DNA of 64,000 nucleotides from Rhodocyclaceae bacterium (GCA_030681195.1 JAUXXJ010000047.1:19643-83642), one strand, 5' to 3'; shown: positions 39,132 to 47,780, counted from the first letter of the stretch. The notes: generated by a model from the letters alone, not told the origin. Numbers and translations are program-made.

Positions 39132-40568
39132 ATGGCCAAAGCGCCCATGAACATTCTGGTGGTGGAAGACGACGAAGCCCTGCGCGATGCCCTGCTGATC
39201 ACGCTCGAAGCGGCCGGGCATCAGGCCACCGGCGCCGATGGCGGCCCGGCGGCACTGGCGATGCTGGATCGGAAAGCCTTTCACATGGTGGTTTCCGATC
39301 TGCGCATGGCGCCGATGGATGGCCTGCAGTTGCTGGGCGAAATTCGTACGAAGAAGCCCGGGCTGCCGGTAATGCTGATGACGGCCTTTGGCGATGTCGA
39401 CAAGGCCGTTGCCGCGATGCGTGGCGGTGCTTGTGACTTCATGCTGAAGCCTTTTGAACCCAAGGCGCTGCTGGATCAGATCGAACGCTATGCCATTCCG
39501 CCGTCGGCCGAAGGCGTGATCGCCGCCGATCCGCGGACGCGCGCAGTGCTGTTGCTGGCCGCCCGGGTGGCGAAGACGGATGCCACGATTATGCTCACCG
39601 GCGAATCGGGTACCGGCAAGGAAGTTTTTGCCCGCTACATCCATGACCAGTCGCTACGCAGCAAGGGGCCATTTGTGGCCATCAACTGCGCGGCGATTCC
39701 CGACAATCTGCTTGAGGCCACGCTGTTTGGCCACGAGAAGGGCGCCTTTACTGGCGCACAGACGGCGCAGCCGGGCAAGTTCGAACAATCCGACAAGGGC
39801 ACCCTGCTGCTCGACGAAATTTCGGAAATGCCGCTGGCCCTGCAAGCCAAACTGCTGCGGGTATTGCAAGAGCGCGAAGTGGAACGCGTTGGTGGCAAGA
39901 AGCCGGTGCCGGTGGATATCCGCGTTGTGGCTACCTCGAACCGCAATATGGCGGGGGAAGTCGCGGCCGGCCGCTTCCGCGAAGACCTTTTTTATCGACT
40001 GAACGTTTTCCCCCTGGAGATTCCCGGCCTGCGCGAACGTCCTAGCGACATCGTCCCGCTTGCCAAGCACTTCCTCGCTATGCACGGCGCACGCCTTGGG
40101 CGGGTGGGACACGTCTCCGCGTCCGCTGCGGCAAAACTTGCCGCCCATGCCTGGCCGGGCAATGTGCGTGAGCTGGAAAACGTCATCCAGCGGGCGCTCA
40201 TCCTCGCGCCCGGCGACAGTATCGAGGCTGAACACCTGCTCCTGCCGGATACTGCGCCCGGCGCGGTAGTGCCTGTGCCAAGCAGTTATGAGCAGCCTGC
40301 CGTACCCCATGCGGGGCATTCCATCCCGCCAGCGCCGACTTTTGCCGCAGCAGCGCCCCAGCCTGCCCCAGCGGGAATCCCGGCGACTCCAGTGGGGCCG
40401 GCCAACATGCGTGATCTGGAGCGCCAGCACATTCTGGATACCCTGGCCAAAGTCGGTGGCTCACGCAAGAAGGCCATTGATTTGCTGGGCATTTCCGAGC
40501 GAACGCTGCGCTATAAACTGGCGCAGTATCGCGAAGAGGGCTACTATAAGACCGACGAGCTTGATTGA
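39132..40568 (+). CDS. fleR: Sigma54-dependent response regulator, FleR/FlrC-like
   Basis: REC domain (VVSDLRMAPMDG), AAA+ sigma54 interaction domain (GESGTGKE, GAFTGA, ...RVGG), Pro/Ala-rich linker, C-terminal Fis-type HTH. Confidence 0.85.
   Translation: MAKAPMNILVVEDDEALRDALLITLEAAGHQATGADGGPAALAMLDRKAFHMVVSDLRMAPMDGLQLLGEIRTKKPGLPVMLMTAFGDVDKAVAAMRGGACDFMLKPFEPKALLDQIERYAIPPSAEGVIAADPRTRAVLLLAARVAKTDATIMLTGESGTGKEVFARYIHDQSLRSKGPFVAINCAAIPDNLLEATLFGHEKGAFTGAQTAQPGKFEQSDKGTLLLDEISEMPLALQAKLLRVLQEREVERVGGKKPVPVDIRVVATSNRNMAGEVAAGRFREDLFYRLNVFPLEIPGLRERPSDIVPLAKHFLAMHGARLGRVGHVSASAAAKLAAHAWPGNVRELENVIQRALILAPGDSIEAEHLLLPDTAPGAVVPVPSSYEQPAVPHAGHSIPPAPTFAAAAPQPAPAGIPATPVGPANMRDLERQHILDTLAKVGGSRKKAIDLLGISERTLRYKLAQYREEGYYKTDELD
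40319..40343 (+). repeat. Dispersed 26-nt motif, copy 9
   Basis: ttccatcccgccagcgccgactttt, inside the fleR linker (read as IPPAPTF). Confidence 0.85.
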
Positions 40569-40600
40569 ACCGACGCGTGAGCTGCAAATGACTTTTCAGG

Positions 40601-40616
40601 CGGCACGGAGTTTGCT
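40601..40616 (+). promoter_or_regulatory. Sigma54-like -24/-12 element upstream of fliE
   Basis: cGGCACggagtTTGCT is a strong sequence match. However, the predicted transcription start (about 40627) leaves almost no leader before the ATG at 40630, so function is doubtful. Confidence 0.35.
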
Positions 40617-40629
40617 ATAAAGGGACATC

Positions 40630-40956
40630 ATGGCAATCGATACCCGTAACCTCGAACAAATGCTTTCCGAACTGCGTGCGGCCAGTGCCGTTGCAGGCGG
40701 TAAGCCTGCGGCTGCCGCTCAGGATGCCTCCGGTGCCGATTTCGGCTTGGCCCTCAAGTCCGCTATCGATCAGGTGAGCAACGCACAGCAGCAGGCGCAG
40801 CAGATGGCGCAGGGCTTGGCCAGCGGCGATGAAAGCGTCCAAGTGCAGGACGTGATGATCAACCTGCAAAAGGCCAGCCTGTCATTCCAGCAAATGGTGC
40901 AGGTGAGAAACAAGCTTGTCTCGGCCTATCAGGACGTGATGAACATGCCGGTCTGA
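40630..40956 (+). CDS. fliE: Hook-basal body protein FliE
   Basis: 108 aa. C-terminus VMINLQKASLSFQQMVQVRNKLVSAYQDVMNMPV. Confidence 0.93.
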   Translation: MAIDTRNLEQMLSELRAASAVAGGKPAAAAQDASGADFGLALKSAIDQVSNAQQQAQQMAQGLASGDESVQVQDVMINLQKASLSFQQMVQVRNKLVSAYQDVMNMPV

Positions 40957-41012
40957 CGAGCTTGGTCTTGGGGTGCTAGCATTAGTGCCATCAACTGGTC
41001 TCGGAGAGAGCC

Positions 41013-41261
41013 ATGGCTCATCAGATTTTTTCGGAAACTACTGCAAGCGTATCGGAGTTGAAGCGTAATCCGATGGCGACGGTTGCGGCTGGAGAGGGGG
41101 CACCAGTAGTCATCCTCAACCGCAACGCGCCGGCTTTCTACTGCGTGCCGGCCGATGTTTATGAGGCGATGATCGAGCGACTCGACGACATCGAGCTCAA
41201 CAAGATTGCCGATGCCCGTGCCGGGCAGCGCATTGTCAAAGTCAAGCTCGGTGAGCTATGA
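41013..41261 (+). CDS. Type II antitoxin, Phd/YefM-StbD (RelB-like) family
   Basis: 82 aa, with ASVSELKRNPMATV...PVVILNRNAPAFYCVPADVYEAMIERLDDIEL typical of Phd/YefM antitoxins. Overlaps the toxin start. Confidence 0.8.
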   Translation: MAHQIFSETTASVSELKRNPMATVAAGEGAPVVILNRNAPAFYCVPADVYEAMIERLDDIELNKIADARAGQRIVKVKLGEL

Positions 41262-41539
41262 GCTTGGGTTTCTTGAGGATGCGCTAAGGGAGTGGCGCAA
41301 GCTCGACAATGTCGTCCGGACACAGCTCAAGAAAAAGCTCGCCGAGCGCCTGGAAAATCCTCGCGTCGCATCAGCAAAGCTTGCCGGCCACCGGCCACCC
41401 TGACAGATACAAGATCAAGTTACGTTCAATTGGCTACCGCCTCGTCTATGAAGTGCGAGACAGTCGGTTGATCGTTGTGGTGGTCGCCGTCGGTAAGCGC
41501 GAGGGTGGGGACGTCTATAAAGTGGCTGCCAATCGGTAG
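41251..41539 (+). pseudogene. RelE/StbE-family toxin gene disrupted by a 7-bp tandem duplication
   Basis: GTG 41251 gives MSYELGFLEDALREWRKLD...AKLAGH, then a stop at 41401. The C-terminal half (PDRYKIKLRSIGYRLVYEVRDSRLIVVVVAVGKREGGDVY) continues in another frame. GGCCACC is repeated at 41386-41392 and 41393-41399, and deleting one copy restores a single RelE-length ORF. Confidence 0.8.
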
Positions 41540-41573
41540 TGCCGCGTTACGATGTGGGCAAGCATGAGGGTTG

Positions 41574-42350
41574 TTAGCCCAGCCCGCTTTCGCGGGCTTT
41601 TCTTTCGCGTTCGACCTTGATGATGTAGCGCTGGATCAGTGTGGCCATCGGGCCGGGCAGATCAATGAATTCGCAGCCGGCACGCCGCATGTGCGCACCG
41701 CTTTTCAGGGCGACGTTGAAGACGCTTCTGACGCACAAAGTTCCGACCACAAACCCTACTTCGGGCAGTTCGATGCGACAACCGGGCAACACCATATCGC
41801 GCCCGAAAGGAATGCCCTTGTCGGCGGGTACAGAGACGCCCAGTCCTCCCACACTGATATCGAAGATGCCGGCTTCATGGAGTTGCATGCGGCCGTCTGC
41901 CAGATGAATCGGCATCGTGCATTTGAGCGGGCGCATGATGGGCGTGACCATGCGATAGAACTCGCGTCGCTGTAGCCGTAGCACCTCGTCGGGCAGGGCA
42001 CAGCGAAATGCGGGGCGTCCTTCGTGTTCGACCTTGCTGAAGCCGCGCAGGATGAACTGCACGCGCACCTTGTCGAGCATCGAGACACAAAAGTGCTTTT
42101 CCACCGCTAGCGACCGATGATTGATTTCGTTGCTCGGCCCATAGTCAAGAATCAGATGGTCATCGCCGACCTCGGCCAGCGTGGTGAGCAGCATGTCCTC
42201 GCCTTCATTGAAAAACACCGTGATTTGCGAGACACGGTCACACAAGCCGCGCAATACCACCTGGATTTCGGCATGGGTGCGCAGCATGTACTGGCCAAGC
42301 TCACCGGGCTCAATCACAGTCTGCGGGGATTTCGGCGTATCGCTCGTCAT
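41574..42350 (-). CDS. ycgR: Flagellar brake protein YcgR (c-di-GMP-binding PilZ domain)
   Basis: YcgR-type N-domain plus PilZ motifs RREFYR (RxxxR) and DISVGGLG (DxSxxG). Confidence 0.85.
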   Translation of the reverse strand: MTSDTPKSPQTVIEPGELGQYMLRTHAEIQVVLRGLCDRVSQITVFFNEGEDMLLTTLAEVGDDHLILDYGPSNEINHRSLAVEKHFCVSMLDKVRVQFILRGFSKVEHEGRPAFRCALPDEVLRLQRREFYRMVTPIMRPLKCTMPIHLADGRMQLHEAGIFDISVGGLGVSVPADKGIPFGRDMVLPGCRIELPEVGFVVGTLCVRSVFNVALKSGAHMRRAGCEFIDLPGPMATLIQRYIIKVERERKARESGLG

Positions 42351-42679
42351 GGTTCAACTTGACTTGGCGTCATAGGTAGGTTGAGCTCGGGCGGCGGCGT
42401 GCTGACGCCTTTCTGTTCAACCTGATAAAGCCAGGCCAACAGTTCGGCGACGGCGATATACAGGATCGGCGGGATGTGATCATCCAGATCCACCTGAGAG
42501 AGCAGGGTGACGAGTTCCGGGGACTCATGGACATAGACGCCATGCTCTTTCGCGCGGGCGATAATTTCATCCGCAATCAAGCCACGTCCCTTCGCCACCA
42601 CTTTCGGGGCACTGTCGCCCGGCGCGTATTTCAACGCAACGGCCAATGAGCGCTCATCCTTGCCTGGCAGCGTGCTCAT
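42347..42679 (-). CDS. Soluble FlhB C-terminal-domain paralog (FhlB/YlqH-like)
   Basis: 110 aa. Aligns by eye with the FlhB cytoplasmic subdomain of this window starting right after the NPTH site (SLAVALKYAPGDSAPKVVAKGRGLIADEII...). No TM region and no NPTH motif. Confidence 0.8.
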   Translation of the reverse strand: MSTLPGKDERSLAVALKYAPGDSAPKVVAKGRGLIADEIIARAKEHGVYVHESPELVTLLSQVDLDDHIPPILYIAVAELLAWLYQVEQKGVSTPPPELNLPMTPSQVEP

Positions 42680-43794
42680 GGGCGGGCAGGTTCTGCTTCA
42701 TGTTTTACTTGCAGGGCAATCAGCGGCACGCCGGCAGCTTCCATCGCCTTGGCCAGTGCCGGCGCTTCATCAAGCAAGTCGGCGGCACTGGCACCATAGG
42801 GCGTGGCCAGTGTGATGCGCATGCCTTGTGCGGTCAGTTGAAGCTTGGCATCGACGCGCCCCAGGCGCGGTGTGGTCAGGGATAACGTGGTACTCCAAAG
42901 GGGTGATTCGTCCTCGCTGCCATCTGTTTCCCGTTCGTTTTCGAGTTCAATCGTCAAGTCCATCGCCTGCTGTGGCCAGACTTCGCCATGCCACGTCATG
43001 CGTTGGGTAGCCAGCGTTTCGAGCTGTTGCTGGACGAGCGGCCGCAGATCATCCGGCACGGGCGATGCGGCTTGCGCAGCCTGGGCAATTTGAGCAGCGG
43101 GTGCCGTCCCACCAGCGCCGACTTTTTCTGCGCCGCCTGCTGGCAGCATGCCCGGCAGCGCGGCGCGGTCTGCCAGGATGCCTGTCCTGGTCGTGCCATC
43201 CGCGCGGGCGTGCTGGCCCTGCGGTTCTTGGAACAGTTGTGCGAGCGGTCGCTGACCATTCACCCACTGTGCCTGATGAGACTCATAAAACAGCCCGCTT
43301 TGAGCCACCGATTTCGCCAGTATGGGGGCCAATTGCGCGGCGGCATTTTGTCCGCTGGGCGGGGCTGGCAGAAGCGGCTCGCCGCGGTTTAGTCGGGCCG
43401 GTACGCTGGCGTTACCTTCGTCAGGGAGCAGGTTACTGATCATGCGGCCGGCCGTGCTGAACCTGGCGAATTCATAGGGGGCGCTGCTGCCGGTCTGCCC
43501 CGTCTCGACCTGCTTGGCCATGATGGTCCTGCCCGCGCGGTCGACCACCACCAGTTCGAGTTCATCTCCCGTCTTTGCACCTTCCGGGAGTTGCAGCGTG
43601 AGCTGCTTGCCGGCAACCAGCGCCTTGTAGGAGTTGTCCGGCAGAACCTCCTGAATGCGTGCCGTGAAAGTCTGCCCCTGGCGTAATTCCGGCAGATCGC
43701 TGCCAATATCGTGCGCCGGACGCACCGGTTGCAACAAGTTGGCATCCGTCTGCATGCGCATACGGATGCCGACATCGGGGGGAATCAGCGCCAT
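42676..43794 (-). CDS. FliK-like protein (second Flg_hook-type C-terminal domain)
   Basis: C-terminus LSLTTPRLGRVDAKLQLTAQGMRITLATP...AMEAAGVPLIALQV parallels the FliK C-terminus at 31693-32745. Translationally coupled to the FlhB paralog. Confidence 0.6.
   Translation of the reverse strand: MALIPPDVGIRMRMQTDANLLQPVRPAHDIGSDLPELRQGQTFTARIQEVLPDNSYKALVAGKQLTLQLPEGAKTGDELELVVVDRAGRTIMAKQVETGQTGSSAPYEFARFSTAGRMISNLLPDEGNASVPARLNRGEPLLPAPPSGQNAAAQLAPILAKSVAQSGLFYESHQAQWVNGQRPLAQLFQEPQGQHARADGTTRTGILADRAALPGMLPAGGAEKVGAGGTAPAAQIAQAAQAASPVPDDLRPLVQQQLETLATQRMTWHGEVWPQQAMDLTIELENERETDGSEDESPLWSTTLSLTTPRLGRVDAKLQLTAQGMRITLATPYGASAADLLDEAPALAKAMEAAGVPLIALQVKHEAEPARP
43102..43127 (+). repeat. Dispersed 26-nt motif, copy 10
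   Basis: tgccgtcccaccagcgccgacttttt, inside the fliK-like gene (antisense, read as EKVGAGGTA). Confidence 0.9.
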
Positions 43795-43838
43795 ACTTGG
43801 TTGCTCAGCAAGGCGAGCGCAGACGCGATCAGTGGAAC

Positions 43839-44183
43839 TTAACTACCAGCACCGTAAGCTTGATCAACCTGGCGCTTACGAGTGTCACCTGACAGAAAGC
43901 GCCGCACCTCCTCCATCCAAGGCTCGGTATGGCGCCGCACCTCGGCATCGTCTTGCAGGATGCGCTGGATCAGGGTGCGTTTTTTCTCTGCCTCTTGAGG
44001 CGTTGGCATTGCGTTGCCCGCCTCACTCATCAGGGATTTTCTAAGGCTGACGACAGACTGCTCCAAGTCGATCAGGCGATCCCAGTCGTTGTCACGGGCC
44101 GCCTCCACCATGCGGGCGGAAAGGGCGCTCATTTGTTCGTAGATTTCAATCTGTGCAGGCATCATGGCAATGTTAAGCATCAT
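43839..44183 (-). CDS. fliT: Flagellar chaperone FliT (probable)
   Basis: Small helical protein directly after fliS, with a WDRLIDLEQ motif typical of FliT. Start uncertain (ORF track gives 44237). Confidence 0.6.
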   Translation of the reverse strand: MMLNIAMMPAQIEIYEQMSALSARMVEAARDNDWDRLIDLEQSVVSLRKSLMSEAGNAMPTPQEAEKKRTLIQRILQDDAEVRRHTEPWMEEVRRFLSGDTRKRQVDQAYGAGS

Positions 44184-44605
44184 TGGCCTTTCGGGGTCGC
44201 GGAAAGAACTGCGGGATCGTCCGTTATTTTTTCCCATGCCGACCGGAGTTCCTGCAAAAGGTTGCTTACTTCGCGAAGTGCGGCCGGATCGTTCTTCAGA
44301 TTGGCGTATAGCAGGCGTTGTCCCATGTATTCGTAAAGGGCTTCAAGTCGCTCGGCGATCTCGCCACCACTTTGCAAGTCGAGACTTGCCTGCAGGCCGT
44401 TGGCAATGATATCGATGGCCTTGGAAATCGCACCACCCTTGGCGGCAATTTCCTTGTTTTCCATGTGGCGTTGTGCATTGGCGATGGAAATCAGGGCGCC
44501 ATCGAACAGCATGACGACGAGCTTATGCGGCGAAGCGCCGTCAAGCTGGGTTTCCAGACCGACCTTGCGGTAGGCGGCGGCGGGATCGGACGAGGATGCA
44601 AACAT
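44180..44605 (-). CDS. fliS: Flagellin chaperone FliS
   Basis: 141 aa. AYRKVGLETQLDGASPHKLVVMLFDGAL four-helix-bundle signature. Confidence 0.92.
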   Translation of the reverse strand: MFASSSDPAAAYRKVGLETQLDGASPHKLVVMLFDGALISIANAQRHMENKEIAAKGGAISKAIDIIANGLQASLDLQSGGEIAERLEALYEYMGQRLLYANLKNDPAALREVSNLLQELRSAWEKITDDPAVLSATPKGQ

Positions 44606-44619
44606 GGTGAGCCTTGTGG

Positions 44620-47600
44620 TTAGTTGCGGCTATTGCCAATCTTCGAAATGTTGGCCAGTTGCTGTGACAAATAGTTGGAGGTCTGGTTCATGCTTGCGAT
44701 CATCGTATCGAGTGACGAGAACTGGCGCTTGTAGCGGGCCTCGATCTGCACGAGGCGGCGCGACATGACCTCCCGTCGCTGCTCCAGCCCCTTGATTGAT
44801 GTCTCCAAACCGCTGCTGGCGGAAGTAATACTCCCTTTTGTACCCAGCATGCTGTCAGTGAGTGCCTTCGCCGTCTTGCCAAAAGATGCCGCGAGCAAAG
44901 CAACCGCATCGTAATCGCTGTTGGCTGCCGAGCTGAGTTTCCCGGCATTGAAGATCAGAGAGCCATCTTTCTGGAACTCCAGACCAATATCGGAAAGCCG
45001 TTTGATGGTTGTGCTGGAGAGTCCGGATGGCGATGATTGAAGCGCATTGCGAACAGACGACGAAACCTGCCGCAAGGTTGAGTTGCCCAGAAGTGCCCCC
45101 CCCGACTTGGTGGTTGCATCATATTTACCCAGATCACCGACAGTTTTGTTGAGGTCGTTGTAGGCTTTGACGATGGCAGCCAGGGTGGCATTCAGGCTGC
45201 TGGTCTTTTCCTGGCTGACGCTGAGTGTGGTCTGGTTGGTGGAGACGGTGGTCAGGTTGAGGGTAACCCCTTGCAGCGCGCCCGTGACGGTATTCGAGTT
45301 ACTGTTGATGGCAACGCCATTGATCTTGATGATCGCGCCTTGTGCGGCTTGCCCGCCGTCGACTTCGCTCTGTGAAAAGTCCCCCGCTCCGCTGCCAGGG
45401 TCGAAATTCAGACCGTCAATACCTGAAAGCGAAATTTGTCCATCCATACCGATGGTGTTGCTGGTCAGAATAAGCCGAACATCTGAGCCACTCACCGTCA
45501 CAAGCGAAGCGGTTACGCCATAGGAACCACTGTTGATCGCATTCTTGACGCCTTCCAACGTGTTGTTCGAGCTGTCGATCGTGATATTGCGTGGAGAGCC
45601 ATCACCCAGCGTTAGCTTGAGGGTGCCGGTGCCGACACTGGCATTGGCACTGGCATAGCCTTGAGCGGCCAAGCCACCATCGGCTGCTGCATCGGAAAGT
45701 GTTTTTGTTGTTGAATTGAACTCGAAGCCATCCAGTCCGGAAAGCGTCAATGCCCCATCTCGCCCTGCCGTGTTGCTTTTCAGTACCAGCCGCATCCCCA
45801 ATCCATCGCTGACAATGCTGGCGGTAACCCCTGAAACGTTGCTGTTGATCGCATCGCGCAAGCCAGCCAGGGTATTGTTACTACCATCAATGGTGATGTT
45901 GGTGGCGGCACCATTGCCGATGGTTAGCGATAGCGTTCCGGTCGCGATGGTGTCGGCACTGCTTGAATAACCTTGGGCTCCCTGGGATTCGAACAGGCTG
46001 CCGGTGTTGGTGGTGGCGTCGTAGTCAAGACCAGTCAGACCCCCGGTATTGGTGAGCGATATCTTGCCCTGAGCCCCGGCGGTGTTACTGGCAAGGGTCA
46101 GCTGGCCATCAACAATACTGGCGGTGACGCCCGTGTTTCCCGCATTGCTGTTGATTAAAGCGCGGAGTTCGGCCAGCGTGGTGCCAGCGGGCACATCGAC
46201 AGTAAATTCCGGCATGCTGCCAACCGTGATGTTCAGCGTACCGTCATTTTCACCATCCGTGACATCAGCCCCCTCGCCGGCGTAGGCGGCGGAGCGCAAT
46301 ATTTGCGCCTTGGGTGCGGCTGTGGTGATTTGATGGGCTTGCGCACCGGGGGTGGAGATTCGATGTGTGGTGGCAAGCTGCATCACCTGAAACGAATAAC
46401 TTCCCTGCACGGCTGACGCGGTGACACTGGCGGTGGCAGAGCTATCGCCCACCGAGCCCTTGAAGCTGCGGAACTTGGCGGCAGCTTGCTCCGCCAGCGT
46501 GCTGCCTTCGCTGCGGGCAATCGTGACCGTGGTCGCCGTCGTGGTTGTTCCCGTCAGCCGGAGCGTGACATCGTTGATGGCAGTGGTGATGGTGTTCGAA
46601 CTGTAGTTGGACGTAACGCCATCCAACTTGATGATGGCGTCCTTGGCGAGTTGCCCCCCGTTGATGGCAGATTGCGAAAGACTGCCCGTGCCGGAGCCTC
46701 CATCGAAATCAAAGCCAGCAAGGCCGCTGGTCGTGATGGTGGCGTTTTCCCCCATGCTGTTGGCAGTCAGGACCAGGCGAATGTTGTTGCTGCTGACCGT
46801 GACCAACTCCGCAGTGACCCCTGCATTGGCACTGTTAATGGCATTCTTCAGGCCGAGCAGGGTGTTGTTGCTGTTGTCGATCACCACCTGCTTGGCCGTG
46901 TTACTGCCAATCTGAATGCTGAGCGTGCCGGTCGCAACCGAGTCGCTCGCGCTGCCGTAGCCGGAAGCAATGCGTCCGCCATCGTCCGGATCTTCGGACA
47001 AGCTGCCGGTGGTGCCGTTGTAGGTGAAGCCGGTCAGGCCGCTCGTGGTGATTTTTCCGGCACTACCGATCTTGTTGCTGGTGATCGTCAGCCGGTACTC
47101 GCCATTGCTGTCGCGCATGATGTCTGCAGTGACATCCGCACTGGAACTATTGATGGCATTCTTCAGACCAGTCAACGTGGCATTGCCGGGGCCGATGGTG
47201 ATGGCAACGGATGCGCCGCCGCCCACGGAAAGATTCATCGTGCCTTGGTTAATCGATGAAAAGGCACTGGCGTAGGCGGCAGAAGCGAGGCGTTGCGATT
47301 GGGCGACCGTGGCGATCTTGTGCGGCGTGGCCAGTTGATTGACCTCAAGACTGTAACTGCCGGTTGTGGCTTTACTCTCTGCCGTGACAAATGCTGCGGC
47401 GCTGTTGCCGATTTTTGCCGTGATGGCTGGCGTGGCGGACTGGCCGGGGATAAGACCGGCCAGTGCGGTGTTCAGGGATGACACGGCCCCCTTTAGGGTG
47501 CCGAAAGCAGAAATCTTTGACTGGTAACTGGCTTCCTGAAAATTCAGTTTGGACAGGGGCTGTGCCTCAACGGACATCAACTTGTTAATGATGCCGTTGA

Positions 47601-47640
47601 TGTCGAGTCCGGAGCCGATACCGGGGGATGAAATGGCCAT
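44620..47640 (-). CDS. fliD: Filament cap protein FliD (HAP2), unusually long with an internally duplicated head region
   Basis: N-terminus MAISSPGIGSGLDINGIINKLMSVEAQPL and C-terminal coiled coil (RYKRQFSSLDTMIASMNQTSNYLSQQL). 1006 aa. Confidence 0.93.
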   Translation of the reverse strand: MAISSPGIGSGLDINGIINKLMSVEAQPLSKLNFQEASYQSKISAFGTLKGAVSSLNTALAGLIPGQSATPAITAKIGNSAAAFVTAESKATTGSYSLEVNQLATPHKIATVAQSQRLASAAYASAFSSINQGTMNLSVGGGASVAITIGPGNATLTGLKNAINSSSADVTADIMRDSNGEYRLTITSNKIGSAGKITTSGLTGFTYNGTTGSLSEDPDDGGRIASGYGSASDSVATGTLSIQIGSNTAKQVVIDNSNNTLLGLKNAINSANAGVTAELVTVSSNNIRLVLTANSMGENATITTSGLAGFDFDGGSGTGSLSQSAINGGQLAKDAIIKLDGVTSNYSSNTITTAINDVTLRLTGTTTTATTVTIARSEGSTLAEQAAAKFRSFKGSVGDSSATASVTASAVQGSYSFQVMQLATTHRISTPGAQAHQITTAAPKAQILRSAAYAGEGADVTDGENDGTLNITVGSMPEFTVDVPAGTTLAELRALINSNAGNTGVTASIVDGQLTLASNTAGAQGKISLTNTGGLTGLDYDATTNTGSLFESQGAQGYSSSADTIATGTLSLTIGNGAATNITIDGSNNTLAGLRDAINSNVSGVTASIVSDGLGMRLVLKSNTAGRDGALTLSGLDGFEFNSTTKTLSDAAADGGLAAQGYASANASVGTGTLKLTLGDGSPRNITIDSSNNTLEGVKNAINSGSYGVTASLVTVSGSDVRLILTSNTIGMDGQISLSGIDGLNFDPGSGAGDFSQSEVDGGQAAQGAIIKINGVAINSNSNTVTGALQGVTLNLTTVSTNQTTLSVSQEKTSSLNATLAAIVKAYNDLNKTVGDLGKYDATTKSGGALLGNSTLRQVSSSVRNALQSSPSGLSSTTIKRLSDIGLEFQKDGSLIFNAGKLSSAANSDYDAVALLAASFGKTAKALTDSMLGTKGSITSASSGLETSIKGLEQRREVMSRRLVQIEARYKRQFSSLDTMIASMNQTSNYLSQQLANISKIGNSRN

Positions 47641-47713
47641 GCTCAGTTACCTCCAAGTACCTCCAAAAAGCGGGAGCCGATGACTATTCTACGGCTTCGA
47701 TCAGTAATGCTTT

Positions 47714-47729
47714 AGCAAAAGCCAGGCCA
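47714..47729 (-). promoter_or_regulatory. Candidate sigma54 promoter of fliD
   Basis: The minus strand reads TGGCCTggcttTTGCT in the flaG-fliD intergenic region. Confidence 0.5.
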
Positions 47730-47754
47730 GAAAACCCGTGGCACAAAGGACAAG

Positions 47755-47780
47755 GGCCGGTGACTCATAAATCACCGGCC
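47755..47780 (-). terminator. Hairpin (possible terminator/attenuator) after flaG
   Basis: 9-bp perfect stem GGCCGGTGA / TCACCGGCC with an 8-nt loop, followed on the minus strand by CTTGTCCTTTGTG, a weak U-tract. Confidence 0.45.

Noticed and set aside
17622-45103. Homopolymeric G/C tracts of 8-9 nt inside flagellar genes, considered as slipped-strand phase-variation switches: G8 in flgE at 17622-17629, C8 at 30961-30968 in fliM, G9 at 35300-35308 in fliH, C8 at 45096-45103 in fliD.
   Set aside because: With roughly 30% G and 30% C, a rough estimate gives several runs of 8 or more nt by chance in 64 kb, so four is not an enrichment. They encode ordinary Gly-Gly or Pro-Pro-Pro stretches. Only population sequencing could show length variation.
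46486-47259. 257-aa plus-strand ORF inside fliD.
   Set aside because: It is antisense to the repeat region of fliD, and the repetitive low-complexity sequence keeps frames open by chance.
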